Positions 1-12,400 of a stretch of DNA of 64,000 nt are shown in pieces. The notes beneath the pieces are model-generated. The model made no database searches. It was not told the origin of the DNA and saw only the letters and a list, made by a program, of their open reading frames with translations. The DNA is taken from NCBI RefSeq assembly GCF_963506605.1, contig NC_083282.1, positions 49,042,001 through 49,106,000 of the forward strand, given 5' to 3'. Positions within the stretch are counted from its first letter, which is position 1. Every line of letters begins with the position of its first letter. Origin of the DNA: Zootoca vivipara (lineage: Eukaryota). The position numbers were made by a program, and so were the translations under genes.

Positions 1-38
1 GGCAAAGATCTTTCTTGCCCCCTCCCCCAAAGCTGCTA

Positions 39-254
39 CAGTGGTGTCTCAAGTTAAGAACTTAATTCATTCTTAACCTGAAACTGTTCTTAACCTGAGG
101 TACCACTTTAGCTAATGGGGCCTCCTGCTGCTGCTGCTCCGCCGCCGGAACATGATTTCTGTTCTCATCCTGGGGCGAAGTTCTTAACCCGAGGTACTAT
201 TTCTGGGTTAGCAGAGTCTGTAACCTGAAGCGCCTGTAACCCGAGGTACCACTG
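39..254. mobile_element. Tc1/mariner-type (pogo/Tigger-like) non-autonomous MITE
   Basis: Termini CAGTGGTGTCTC... / ...GAGGTACCACTG, flanked by TA on both sides; internal TTCTTAACC repeats. Confidence 0.75.
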
Positions 255-2256
255 TATTTGAACCAGGAGGGAAAGTGCTACTGGCATCAATGGAAGCTTC
301 CCTCCTTGTCATGTCTCGTGCCCCTTTCCATCCCTGTACTGATGTCTGCACGTGTACCCTGCAAACATGTGAAGAGAAATACAAGAATGGAAAAGGACAA
401 AAACAAACTAACATGGAACAAAAGGCAATAGTTTGGGCTCAGCCCAAGAGATTTGGCCCAGATCCCTGCCCTTATCTGTATGCACAGTGGCACAGAATTC
501 TCATTACTGGTTGAAGCAGAGAACAGGGCAGTGCTTTGCTCTCTTTCAGCCTATGCAAGCAATTCCCGGTAGCCAGCTGTCACTATTTTTAAAACAGTTC
601 ACTGGGATAGTAAAATTCTTGAAGGAGGAAAAATGACGTAGTAAGTACAATTCCAGATGGAGTTCAGAAGGGCAACAAGTGCTACTTTTCTGTAATGAAA
701 GTCAAGTCCAAGAGGTCTCAAGTGTAGCAGCTACAAGCTGAGCTTTCAGGCTGGATCCACTGTATTTTAACGGAACCTACCCTGCAGAGGCTCAGCTGCT
801 GAGCACTTGCTTTGCAAAAATGCCGCCCCAAGACCGAGAAAGGCCTCTGTGGGAGAGCAATTCCCAGTCACGGTTAATGATGCTGGGTGAGATGCACCGC
901 TGCATCCCAACCACCTGCGCTTGTTTAATGGGTACAGTGCCTTCCCTCCCACCCTTCACTCTGTGTGCCTAATTCAAGCTATTGCCAGAATATCCTCCAG
1001 ACCTATCAATTTGCCTCCTTGAATGCTGGGGGGGGGGGTTGGTTTAATTTTTGCTTCAGTCTTATATGCAGCAGCATTCAACATTTTGAATTAGATAGGG
1101 AGCTAGAGCAGCCTACAATGCTTTTAAACCTGTGTTTGTTGAATGTAAAAAAATGTGGGAATACAAAGTCAAGAACTCAGTTTCATGCATTCTGTCACTT
1201 AAACACCCAACTGAGATTGCAACCTGTGCTTTTTTCCATTGCAGAGAACTGTATCTTTTTACCTGGCAAAACACTGAAGGACAAGCCATTAGCAGCTCAC
1301 ATATATTCATTCGTGTCTGGATGTTACGCTAAACCAGTGTTTAAAAGCAATGTGAATAAATTTAGCTTCCTTCAGGGCTCTCCCCACCTACCCACGGCTA
1401 ATAGAAGGAACATGTAAGCTCCTGCTTTGCTTTTAGTAAACTATGACTTCCTGCGTTGTCAAAACTGAGAATAGTAGTTTAGCACTAACTATGGTTAGGG
1501 TTTTTATGTAAAATCAAGACAGCTTCATAACTCACAATTTGAAGCTGACTTGTTTGGAAACTAAGCGCAGTTAGTGAGAAAACATTATTCCTGCTTCAGA
1601 TAAGCAAGGGAAGTCAGAGTTTACAAAAAAGGAACAGCCTCTGGACTCATGTTCTTGGATGTATGGGAGGAATAGAGTTGGTCAGGAAGAGGGGAGGCTG
1701 ATTCATGCAGTGTTAAACCATAGCCTAATGTTACATCTGAACTTGGTCATTGCCTTACCATTTTCTGTAAGGCATAGATGATTCTGTCTGTTCACCATCC
1801 CTTTATTTGCATGTATGCGTGCACACCCATCACTCAAGAGCAATAGTTTAGCACAGAGTTTGACATTTCCAGGCTATTAAGGAAATTCCACTTTTAATGA
1901 GCAAGAACTTCTGTGCGATTCATGAGAATTCTCCTGGACATAAGCTTACTGTACATATCCATTTATTTTCCTTGGCAAGAGACTGACATTTGCTCCTGGC
2001 ACTTGTCTGAGCTGTTCTTTATTTGGCACATTGTAAGGATAACCTACCCAAGTGCAATGAATAGCAGGTAAGTCAGAAAAAGTGGGGAGGAATAAAAAGA
2101 ATTCTACTGACAAACCACCTTTCCAAACAAGAACATTTACTAAATATGAAAAAAATAAAATAAAACACAAATGAGGGGTATATTATGCAAAACAAATAAC
2201 AGTCATGTAAAGAAAATATACTTTTCTTCTGTAGAAAATAAATGGTAGATAAATTT

Positions 2257-2258
<2 letters not shown>

Positions 2259-2302
<44 letters not shown>
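2259..2302. repeat. (AC)n microsatellite
   Basis: Uninterrupted AC run. Confidence 0.95.
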
Positions 2303-2305
<3 letters not shown>

Positions 2306-5300
2306 GTCTAACACAATGGGGAAGGGCTATTGTTTGACTCTATGTTCTGCATACAAAACGTCCCAGATTTAACCCCCTATGTCAAAGCCTTTTCTTCAGT
2401 GTACGGTTGGACAGAAATGAGGAGTTGGGGGGAAACTGTACCATTAGAAAACTGATCATGTGAAGTTTGAAAAAAGGGGAAATTAGACATGTGAGGCATA
2501 AGTGTGTATTAAGCAGTTAATTGACATGAAACGTCAGGGACAGCATGTACCCAAATTGTATCAGGGTAGAATGTGCTCAATTTCCATACTTAAAATAAAC
2601 TGCCCAAACCAGATTAAAACATCATCTTTTGGGTGGGAACCACCTCTTCTTCACTTTTATCTTTTGGCAGGTAACACTTTCTTTTATCCTTGTAGCTACT
2701 CTTAAAATATTCCTGTTTTTGCACCTGTCACCAAACTAAGGCAGACTCATAAATGAACCATCACTATATGGTAGATAAGAACTAGTGTCTCCTATGGAGA
2801 AACTGCAATTGATACAGGGTGTAAAGCATGCTTTGTGCATGCAGGGTGTAAAGCCATTGCTTTTTCGGTGTGGGGGGTACAATGGGGAATTGGTGCAGTT
2901 GCTTTTAAAAAAAAAACCTCCCAGTGTCTCCAAGCAGAGCTGGGAAAGACTTCTGTCTGAAACCCCACCAGACAGTATCAAGCAGGTGTGGCAGTAGATT
3001 GGAAACTACTGGCAGATCCCTGGGTGATTTCCAGGAGCGTGGTAAGGGATTCCAACTGCCTAGTAATAGCAACACCAAAAATAGGTGGGGCAACCTAGCC
3101 AGATGGGTGGGGTATAAATAAAAAATGAATAAAATAAAATATCACACACACACACACAAATCCTAAATTAGGCTGCTGAAATAAAGAAAGCCTGCAGGGA
3201 AATCTAGGCTGAACATATGTTAAGGGGCACTCTGTCCCTAATTCTTAGGGGTTGTCCACACTTCTGCTTGCCCCATGCCTAGAAAGCATGGGTCCAAGCA
3301 AGTTTCCCCTTGCCCCGCTCATTTCCCAAGAAAAACCTGCTCTTTAGCTTTAAACTGGCACAAATGGCAGTTCACGGAAAACCTGAGTGCCATTTGCTCT
3401 GACTGAGCACAAAAGAGCATTTTTTCCCAGCGGAAAGCAGTGGGACAAGAGGAAGTGGATAAGCCCTTAGCTAAATTTATTTTGCACCTGGCTCTGGGTT
3501 GGGGGATCTCAAGAGTTCTAGTACAATAATATGGTAGATCCTGCAAGACTAATGACTACCTTCCCCTGGTATACAACGTAGATGACTCTGAGCTGGATGG
3601 AACAGTGGTCTGAGTTGGTTGGTATAAAGCAGCTTCCCATGTTCTCAATCCCTGCTTTCTCCCACCTGCGATGATCAATCAATAGTACAGAGACCCTTTT
3701 AAGCAGAAAGTGCTTTCATACCAGTAAAGGTCACTTAGCTGCTGTAAGGAATGCTAAGTTTATCGCAAATGTGGAAAGGGGTATTTTCAGGAAACTGCAG
3801 CATTCTTCCAATGCACTCAGAATAATTCTACCTCCAGAAAGCTGGACCCAGAACCTTGTACTAAATAATAATAACTGAAGCATAGTTGAAATACAGGCCA
3901 ATCTTAAAAGCCGTCCAGCTGCCTCTGTAAGGAACAGGTTGTAAAAGCAGCTAAGGAAGAACAAGGAGCTCTTATCTGGACCCGCCATGTACTCCTCCTC
4001 CAGGCATTCTGAACCAGGAAGCAATCACAAGGCTGCAATCTGGCACTGGGAGTGTACCTGCCATTCCAACTCCACTTCCTTCTCCCTCATGCCCACAGTA
4101 TCTCTGCTGTTTGCAGTGCCTCTCAATACCATTTTATAAGTGGTTTTGTCACTGATGACCATACAAACAAGTACTATTTCCTCAGAACATTATGCTTTTT
4201 TAAATGAGCAATTCAATCTGTCTTTAAGAGGCATGCAGACATTCTGTGAGAAGATTAGACACATGCCTATTATGAAGCATAAGTGGTCCGTTTCCTGGAA
4301 CTGTGTTAGAAGCCCAATCTTGTTTGCAATCTTCTGGTTTCACTGTACTTCTGCTGGCAACTCTCCTCATCCCTCGATTATCAGAATCAGATCTCTTCAT
4401 TAACTTCCCTGTCTGAGATGGCACAATAGCAAGTTCACGGAATGCTGCTTTACAGCAAATAAAACTGCTGGTCCAAGCAAGCAGGGATTCTCTATCCTGG
4501 CTGGCACAACTCCTTCCCAGCCCAGATGCCTGGGACTAAACCCGGATACTTGTTTCACACAAAGCTTGTACTTTAGTACTGACCTGTGTCCCCTCCTCTC
4601 TTGCTTTGCTAGTGGGAAAATATTCTGATGCAGGATTAGGACTTCCTGGGCCACATAGTACAAAACTTATCTAGGGCATCCACTATACTCATTTCTCCAC
4701 ACACATCCTCAGAAACCCCTGGGCAACCATTTATGGATTAAAAGTGGCTTTTCCAACTCAGCTGAGCCTCACAATGTTAGATAGCCTAGGCCCCTGTCGG
4801 TTACAAATCCTCCAAGCTACTGGTTTTTCCAGTTTTACTTCATGTACACATAAACCGCCACTCAGCCGCTGAAACCAGCGGCCTGTAAAAGGCGAAAATC
4901 AACATTTTAAGTTTCATTTATTGTGTGTTCACCCACCTGCTCTCCTCATCAGGTTGATTCTTCACTTTCTCCTAGCACTAATTTCCAGAATTTTCTTTCT
5001 ATACGTGTTTCCTCTCTAAACCGCTTCTTCATTTAATTGAAGAGATCGAAGGTATGCCATTTCATCTCTGTAGCAACAACTTTGAAAACGTGTGCGAGCA
5101 CAGTGGTGTGTGTGTGTGTGTGTGTATAATGCATGCACTACCTTGAGATATTGGCAAACTGGGTTTTACAAAGGTCAGAATCACCCTTTTCTTGTCTCTA
5201 CCAGAAGAACTTAGCAAGGGGTTTGTGGTGAATAGGTGCACAAGATGCTAGTCATAGATGCCAACATGAAGAAAACATTGGAGGTGGGGTGCCTCTCCTC

Positions 5301-7404
5301 ACTTCTCCCCTCTCTCCACACCACCTTCCTTCACCATGAGGATGCAAGCCTGTAAAAGAGGGTGGTGTCCAGCTAGGAGGTACCAACGTGGAAAATAGGG
5401 GGGGGTCGGCTCCCCCTAAATATTTTATTGAAGGACCAAAGAGACCAGGACCTCACAGAGTTGGCACCTATGTGCTGGACTGTGTACACTGCCCCCAAAC
5501 AGCATGAGTTGCTCCTATCCCAATCTCCACTCCCAATCTCCACAGCATTAGAACCAGTGTCTGTTGAATATACCAGCGGGATTCTCCCTTCAGGCATCCA
5601 GTCTAAAGAAAGGTTTAGAGAAGAGGCAGCCATGCACACTCTTTAGGCCCTGATGCATTCAACTAAACATCTGAATAGGGCTTAAGGAAAAATGACTATT
5701 TGTTGCAGGAATACACAGGGCAGAAACTGAAAGGAACTGAAAAGAAAAATCTAAATGTGGAGACAAAAGGTTCTAAATTTAACTCCATATTGGTAGGATG
5801 GCTACAATGTGTTTGAGGATGGATTTTTATTTTTTTTATAAAGTGAGAAACGGAAGTTACACCTCTATGATGTGCAACCAGGTGGCTAGGTGGAAGAGGT
5901 GGATATATCACAGAATGTGTAAGTATCTACTGGTGAAGCAACATTTACCGCAGACCAAGCCAACCATTATTGCACTTCAGCACACATTTAAAAACAGGTG
6001 AACTTGTGCAAGTTTGCCAGTTGCTAAGTTGGTCATCTGTATTGTTCATTCATTGCTATGGGGCTTCAGCTCAAACAATAAAACATTATCCTGGAAAGGA
6101 CAGTGCCTCATTAAGGAGGCAATAGTTGCACATATGTAAAACAAAGAAAAGTGCTAATTAGGCTGTTCTTGCTATTGTCCATGACAGGCCACAACAGAGT
6201 GAATTCAGCAAGATCCATTCTCCGGTTTGCTATGGCTCCATACCTTTTCATACGTAAGCTCTGAGTGTGGATGTAAATGATAAGCAGACACATTACACAG
6301 AGAGCATTTTAAACTGGTGTCTCATGCAGAATGTCCAGTATTGGAACATCAGTTATTTGTAACACTTTGCCTTACAGGCCACTACACACCTTTATGTCTT
6401 GCAATAACGTGGTACACAATGGGGACCACACGTGATGCTCACCCACAAGGAGCAGCACTCATGTGCCTGGATTTAAAAGCAGCCACTATATGGCTGTTCT
6501 TCATTACAAAGTCAAAGACTTGCAAATTCTAAAACATTGCGTGTATAGCAACGGTGATTGGCAGCCTTTTCAGTTTAGCTTCTTTATGCCAAAACACCTG
6601 ATCCAAAGACTAGCTGCAGCAGCACTTAAGTGTTAGGAAGGATGTGCCAGCAATACAAAATTATAAAGCATGAAAGTTACATCAGCACTACAGTACTGCT
6701 GATTGACATCTATGCAGAAAAATGATGTAAATTAGGATATACCTGTATTATTTAAAATAAATTACCAGGGGATTTTCAGTCCCCTGAGGCTCCAAGACTC
6801 ATACCTATTTAGATTTTGGAAGTTGCAGTGTGGCTTGTCTGAAGAGATTCCTAAAACTTTAGGACAGCAAGCCAAATCCAGTTTTACAGGATGTTTGGCA
6901 GCCAAAAGCAGCACACACTGCAAAACTGAGTATAGTGTCCAGGACCTCCTGCTTCTTTTATACATGAAGATAAGGATTTCTACAGAATGTAATAATTTTA
7001 ATTGAGGTATATGGACCTGAGTCATCTCAAAAAGCAGAAGAGGGTGGTGCAGTGTAAATATACAGCGATATACTGTACATAGTTCCAAGAGGGAAGTAGC
7101 TGGGATTATGGCTTGGAAAATGGCACATTACCTGGAAAATAAATTGCTATCATTTATCTTCTGCAGGTTCCAATTGAGTAGCAAATTATGTGAAGGAAGT
7201 AAAATGTCAGTTTATGTAGGAGAAGCATTTACACAAGGCAGAGACGCTTCTGGAAGAGAGCTGAGAAGCAGGTAGGTGAAGCAGGTGGGACAAGCAGCCA
7301 ATCAAAAAAGATGACCAGAAAAAAAACACAACTCCAACTGAAAGACAAGCCTGGCTATTTGTGGAAAGGGGTGAACAGGTAAGGGAGCTGATGAAGCATT
7401 GCAG

Positions 7405-7754
7405 GGGTAAGGGTAAAGGTAAAGGGACCCCTGACCATTAGGTCCAGTCCCAGACGACTCTGGGGTTGCGGTGCTCATCTCGCTTTACTGGCCGAGGGAG
7501 CCGGCGTACAGCTTCTGGGTCATGTGGCCAGCATGACTAAACCACTTCTGGCAAACCAGAGCAGCACACAGAAACACTGTTTACCTTCCTGCCAGAGCGG
7601 TACCTATTTATCTACTTGCACTTTGACATGCTTTCGAACTGCTAGGTTGGCAGGGACCGAGCAACGGGAGCTCACCCCGTCGCGGGGATTCGAACCGCTG
7701 ACCTTCTGATCGGCAAGCCCTAGGCTCTGTGGTTTAACCCACAGCGCCACCCGC
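7405..7754 (-). mobile_element. Sauria/Squam1-type SINE, near full length
   Basis: Minus strand has a tRNA-derived head (GGTGGCGCTGTGG..., B-box GGTTCGAATCC), core GTGCAAGTAGATAAATAGGTACC and 3' (ACCTTT)n tail. Confidence 0.9.
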
Positions 7755-9044
7755 TAATAAGCCTGACGTTTGGCAACAATTTTCTAACTTGCTTTCCTTG
7801 CTCTGATATATTCCTAGAACCTTGGGCAACTCAATGAAGCTGCACGTTGGAAATTTCAGGACAGCGAAATAAAGTACAACAGATAATTAGAGGATGGAAC
7901 TGACTTTCACAAGATATGGTGATGGCTGCAACCAGCCTTAAAAGGGTGATTTGATAAATGCATGGAGGATAAGGCGACCCGTGGCAAACAGCCATGAAAG
8001 CTGTATGCTACCTCCATGTCTCTGAATACCCATCACTGAGGAATATGAGTGCAGAGATTGCTCTAGTGCTCATGTCTTGCTTGTAGACTTTCCAACAGGC
8101 ACCATCACTGAGATAACAGGATGTTGGAGTAGATGGACCTTCAGACTGATCCAGCAGGGGTCTTCCTATGTTCTTAGCTCTACAGAAACTGACCTCATGA
8201 TCAAGAATATGAAGTAGCACTATGTAACAGATCCCCTTCCTTGTATGTGGGTATTCAACAGCCCAGTAGGGAGCCAGTTATGCCTTCTTGATTTATGCGA
8301 TAGTTGCCACCACCTATTTCAATCTACAGCCTTTCCCACCACCCCAAACAAGGAGGGATCTGGAGATGCCCCATTAACTATTAGGTCCTGGGTTCCCGGA
8401 CCAATGAATCTTGTGCCTCCAGCCAATCCCCTGCTCCTGGTGTCTCCCAAGGATAGATTAATGTACTAGTCTATAAGAGCTCTGATCCTAAATTCCTTGT
8501 AGCATTAATTCCAAGCAGTCTGAGCGCATGGGGATGACTAGAAACCTGAGATTGGCAAATGCACACACTTCAGTGGTCAAGTTATGAAAGTATTAAGAAT
8601 AGAAGAAAGAGGGGAGTAGGCAAATGTTCAACAGAATACTGTAAACAAAATGAGAGCCCAGTGGCTCAAGCCCCTAACTGATCTAACCAGTTAGCACCGT
8701 ATTTCTAGTTGCTTATGAGTAAGCTGCAATGTGGTCAGCTTCCCAGTGCATAGCAAAATGCTGTGTGGCCCTGGCGCAGAAAGGTCACAGGCCCCGAGGT
8801 GGGGAAGCAAGAACAAAGGGAATGATCCTAGTGTCGCCTTTTCATGGGATTCCTAGCCAATGACCAATCAGACCTCAAGTCACATTTTACAGATAAATGG
8901 GAGATGCTTTGTCAGAGGAAGGTGACAGGCTGAGGAATCATTTAGGGTTTAAATTAAGACCCAGATTTTCCCAACTTCCCATCAGACAATTTTAATCTTT
9001 CTCCTGTGAGATAGCCAGTTGGGTGGGGAAGCTGCGAGGGCTTT

Positions 9045-9420
9045 TGAAATATACTCGGAGTCAAGAGTGAATTTCATGCTCTTTATTCAGCTCATAGTCA
9101 TCAAGGAGGAGAAGAGAAGACGAATGGCTCTTTTCCCAAAACCATCTGCTTATATACATTATTTACACAATGGGCCTTGCGTGATTGGCTACTTCAGGGC
9201 TACACCTGTGGGCCAATTATATTGTGGATTGACTTTTGCCTGCAGCCTGATTGGCTGCTCCTACAGGCCAATCAGGTAGCAGATTCACTTCTGCCAGCCG
9301 CCTGATTGGCTGCTCCAGCAGGCCAATCAGGTTGCGGATTCACTTCCACCTGGCGTTGGATTGGGTAGCTCCCGCTGATTCTGAATCCTATTGTTCTAGG
9401 ATTCAGCTCAGTACATAACA
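9045..9420 (-). repeat. 3' LTR of Gypsy element
   Basis: Direct repeat of 13630-14005; preceded in element orientation by polypurine tract AGAGGGGAGGGG; TATATAA at 9156-9150, AATAAA at 9087-9082. Confidence 0.97.
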
Positions 9421-9430
9421 CCCCTCCCCT

Positions 9431-12400
9431 CTAAGTTCCAGTCCTGCCCGGGAAGTTGCATTCGTAGTCCCCAAGGTCTGCTGGCCGCCTCCGTGTGCGT
9501 TGTGGCCTGGGGTGTTCCTTGGTCAGGGGTTCTGGTTCTGGCTCGTGTTCCGAGGCTGCTGGCTGTGCCGGGGCTGTCTGGTCTGGCGCCACTGAACCAC
9601 TAGGTTGTAGCTCTGGTTCCGGTGTCCTTCCAGCCTCGGGGCGCCCCTCTGTGCCTACTGCTTCTGCTTCCTCTGCCCACCCCTCTCGCTCTACAGGCCT
9701 CACTGCCCTGCTGTCCCCTTGGGACCCCTCTGTCCCGCTCTCCTCCCGGGTTCCTCCTGGGAATCGTCGCCGTATCTGGTCGCAGTGGCGGCGCCAACAT
9801 TGCCCCCCTTCCGTTAGTACCTCGTACGACACGGGACCGGTCACCTTGGTGACTGTGGCGGGTACCCATGCTGGGCCTGCCCCAAAATTCTTTGCATACA
9901 CTGGGTCCTGGGCCACAAATGTCCGGGGGTTCCTGCCTTTCCCCACCACTACCTCATCCTGAGCTCTGTCGGGGTGAAGTCGGTCCAGTCTAGTTGCAAG
10001 GCGCCGGCCCATTAGTAATTCAGCTGGGCTCCGGCCCGTCGTTGTGCTTGGGGTGCTGTGCTGTGCTAGAAGAAATGCGGCAAGGCGGTATTCCCAGTCC
10101 CCTTGTGTCATGCGGCGGAGGCTGTCCTTGGTGGTCCGCACCATGCGCTCCGCTTGGCCATTGGTGGCAGGGTGGAATGGTGCTGAGCGGATGTGGCGGA
10201 TGGCGTTCTGCGCTGTGAAGGTCTGGAACTCCTCTGACGTGAATGCGGTTCCATTGTCCGAGACGAGGGTGTCAGGGAGCCCGTGGGTCGCAAACAGCTT
10301 ACGTAGTACCCGGATGGCTGCCGCCGTAGAAGTGGATGGTACCAGTGCGACCTCCAGCCATTTGGTGTAGGAATCCACCACTATGAAGAATGTTTTTCCC
10401 TGGAAGGGGCCAGCGAAGTCCACGTGCAAGCGTGACCATGGATGTCGGGCGGACTCCCAGGGCTGGACTGGGGCCCTTGGGGGATCCGGGCGGGATTCTT
10501 GGCAGGTCTGGCAGTGTTGGACCCAGGCCTCTATCTCTCTGTCAATCCCCGGCCACCACACATAACTCCTGGCAAGGGCCTTCATCCTCACTACCCCTGG
10601 GTGTGTCTCGTGTAGGGCTGTGAGGACCCTTTTGCGGAGGGGCTGGGGAACAACAACCCTGCTTCCCCATAACAGGCACCCCTTGTGGGCCGACAGTTCA
10701 TGTTTGCGGTTTGTGTAGCCAGCGAATTCTGGCCCGGGGCTGCTGCTGGGCCATCCTCGCCACACCCAGTCCAGGACCCGGGAGATGACCCTATCTTTTG
10801 TGGAATGGTGCGCAACTTCTTGTGCCTGAATGGGTCGGTCGGGAAGCAGCTCCAGGGTCATAACCTCTTGCGCAGGCGCTGGGTCGGGGCCTGTTTCTGG
10901 TAGTGGTAGCCTGCTGAGGGCGTCTGCGTGGCCCATCGCCTTCCCAGGGCGGTGGATTAGTGCATACTGGTAGCCGGCAAGGAAAATTGACCACCTGAGG
11001 ACACGTGGAGACAACACTTGGGGGGTCTGCTTCTCAGGGGCAAACAGGCCAAGCAACGGCTTGTGGTCAGTCACTATGGTAAAGGGCCGCCCGTACAAGA
11101 AATCATGGAATTTTTTTACGCCCTTCACGATTGCCAGACCCTCCTTGTCAATCTGTGAGTAGTTTCGTTCGGCTGCAGCAAGCGTCTGGGAGAAGTATGC
11201 CACCGGCACCTCTCTTCCATCCGGGAGTTGGTGTCCCAGGACAGCGCCGATGCCATAGGGAGAGGCGTCGCATGCCAGCACCACTGGCAGCCTCTCGTCG
11301 AAGTGTGCTAAGACCGAGTTCGAGACGAGCAAGTCCTTGACTGCCTGGAATGCGGCCCTTTGTCGCTGGCCCCACACCCAAGGGGCCCTTTTATCTAGGA
11401 GTCTGTGTAGGGGCTCCGCTACCGCTGCCTTATGGGGAAGGAAGGCATGGTAAAAGTTCAATAGTCCCAAGAATGACTGAAGTTCGGGCTTGCTCTTGGG
11501 CGCTGGGGCCTCACAAATGGCCCGTACCTTGTCACCGGTTGGATGGACCCCTTCTGCGTCCACCTTAAATCCCAGAAAGTCCACCTGCGGCACTCCCAGT
11601 AAACACTTTTCCCGCTTCACCTTGAGGCCCGCCGTCTGGAAACGGTGCAGGACGGAGCGGAGGCGGTCCTCAAATTCCTCTGGTGTGGGCCCGGCGATCA
11701 GTACATCATCGAAGAAGGGGGTGACACCAGGAATCCCTTTAAGGAGAGAGTCCATTAGATTCTGGAATATGCCTGGTGCCACGCTAACGCCAAATTGCAG
11801 CCGCTTTACTCTGAATGCCCCTCTGTGCGTCACAATCGTCTGAGCCTCTGCTGTGGCTTCGTCCACAGGCAACTGTTGATACGCTTGGGCCAAGTCCAGT
11901 TTGCCAAAGATTTTTGACCCAGCCAGGGTGGCGAGGACATGGCTGACCACTGGCACTGGGTATGCATGGGCCGTGAGAGCCTTGTTTATGGTGCATTTGT
12001 AGTCTGCACAGATGCGGACCGAACCGTTAGGCTTGACGGGTGTGACAATTGGAGTTTCCCAGGGGGCGTTGGGCACCGGCTCCAGCACTCCTTGCTCCAC
12101 GAGCCGGTCCAATTCCTCGTCTATGCGGGGTTTCAGGGCAAACGGGACCCGGCGGGCCTTGTGCCTGATGGGTCGTACAGCGGGGTCTAGCTGTAGGGCA
12201 ATGGGGGGTCCAGTATATCGTCCCAATGCCCCATCGAAAACCCCTGGAAACTCTTTGCATATGGCGTCCACGTCCACTTGTAAGCTAGTGCGGTTCACCC
12301 CGGTAACGGCTAGCCCCAGAGGTCCAAACCATGCCAGTCCCAGTAAGCTAACGTAGGGGCCCTTAACTACCAGCAAGTCCAATTGTTGCTTTCGCCCTCG

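Noticed and set aside
7524-7709. Recurrent similar short ORFs (also at 15831, 34704, 53216, 60644) and tRNA-like heads
   Set aside because: All are Sauria SINE copies, not a protein family or true tRNA genes.
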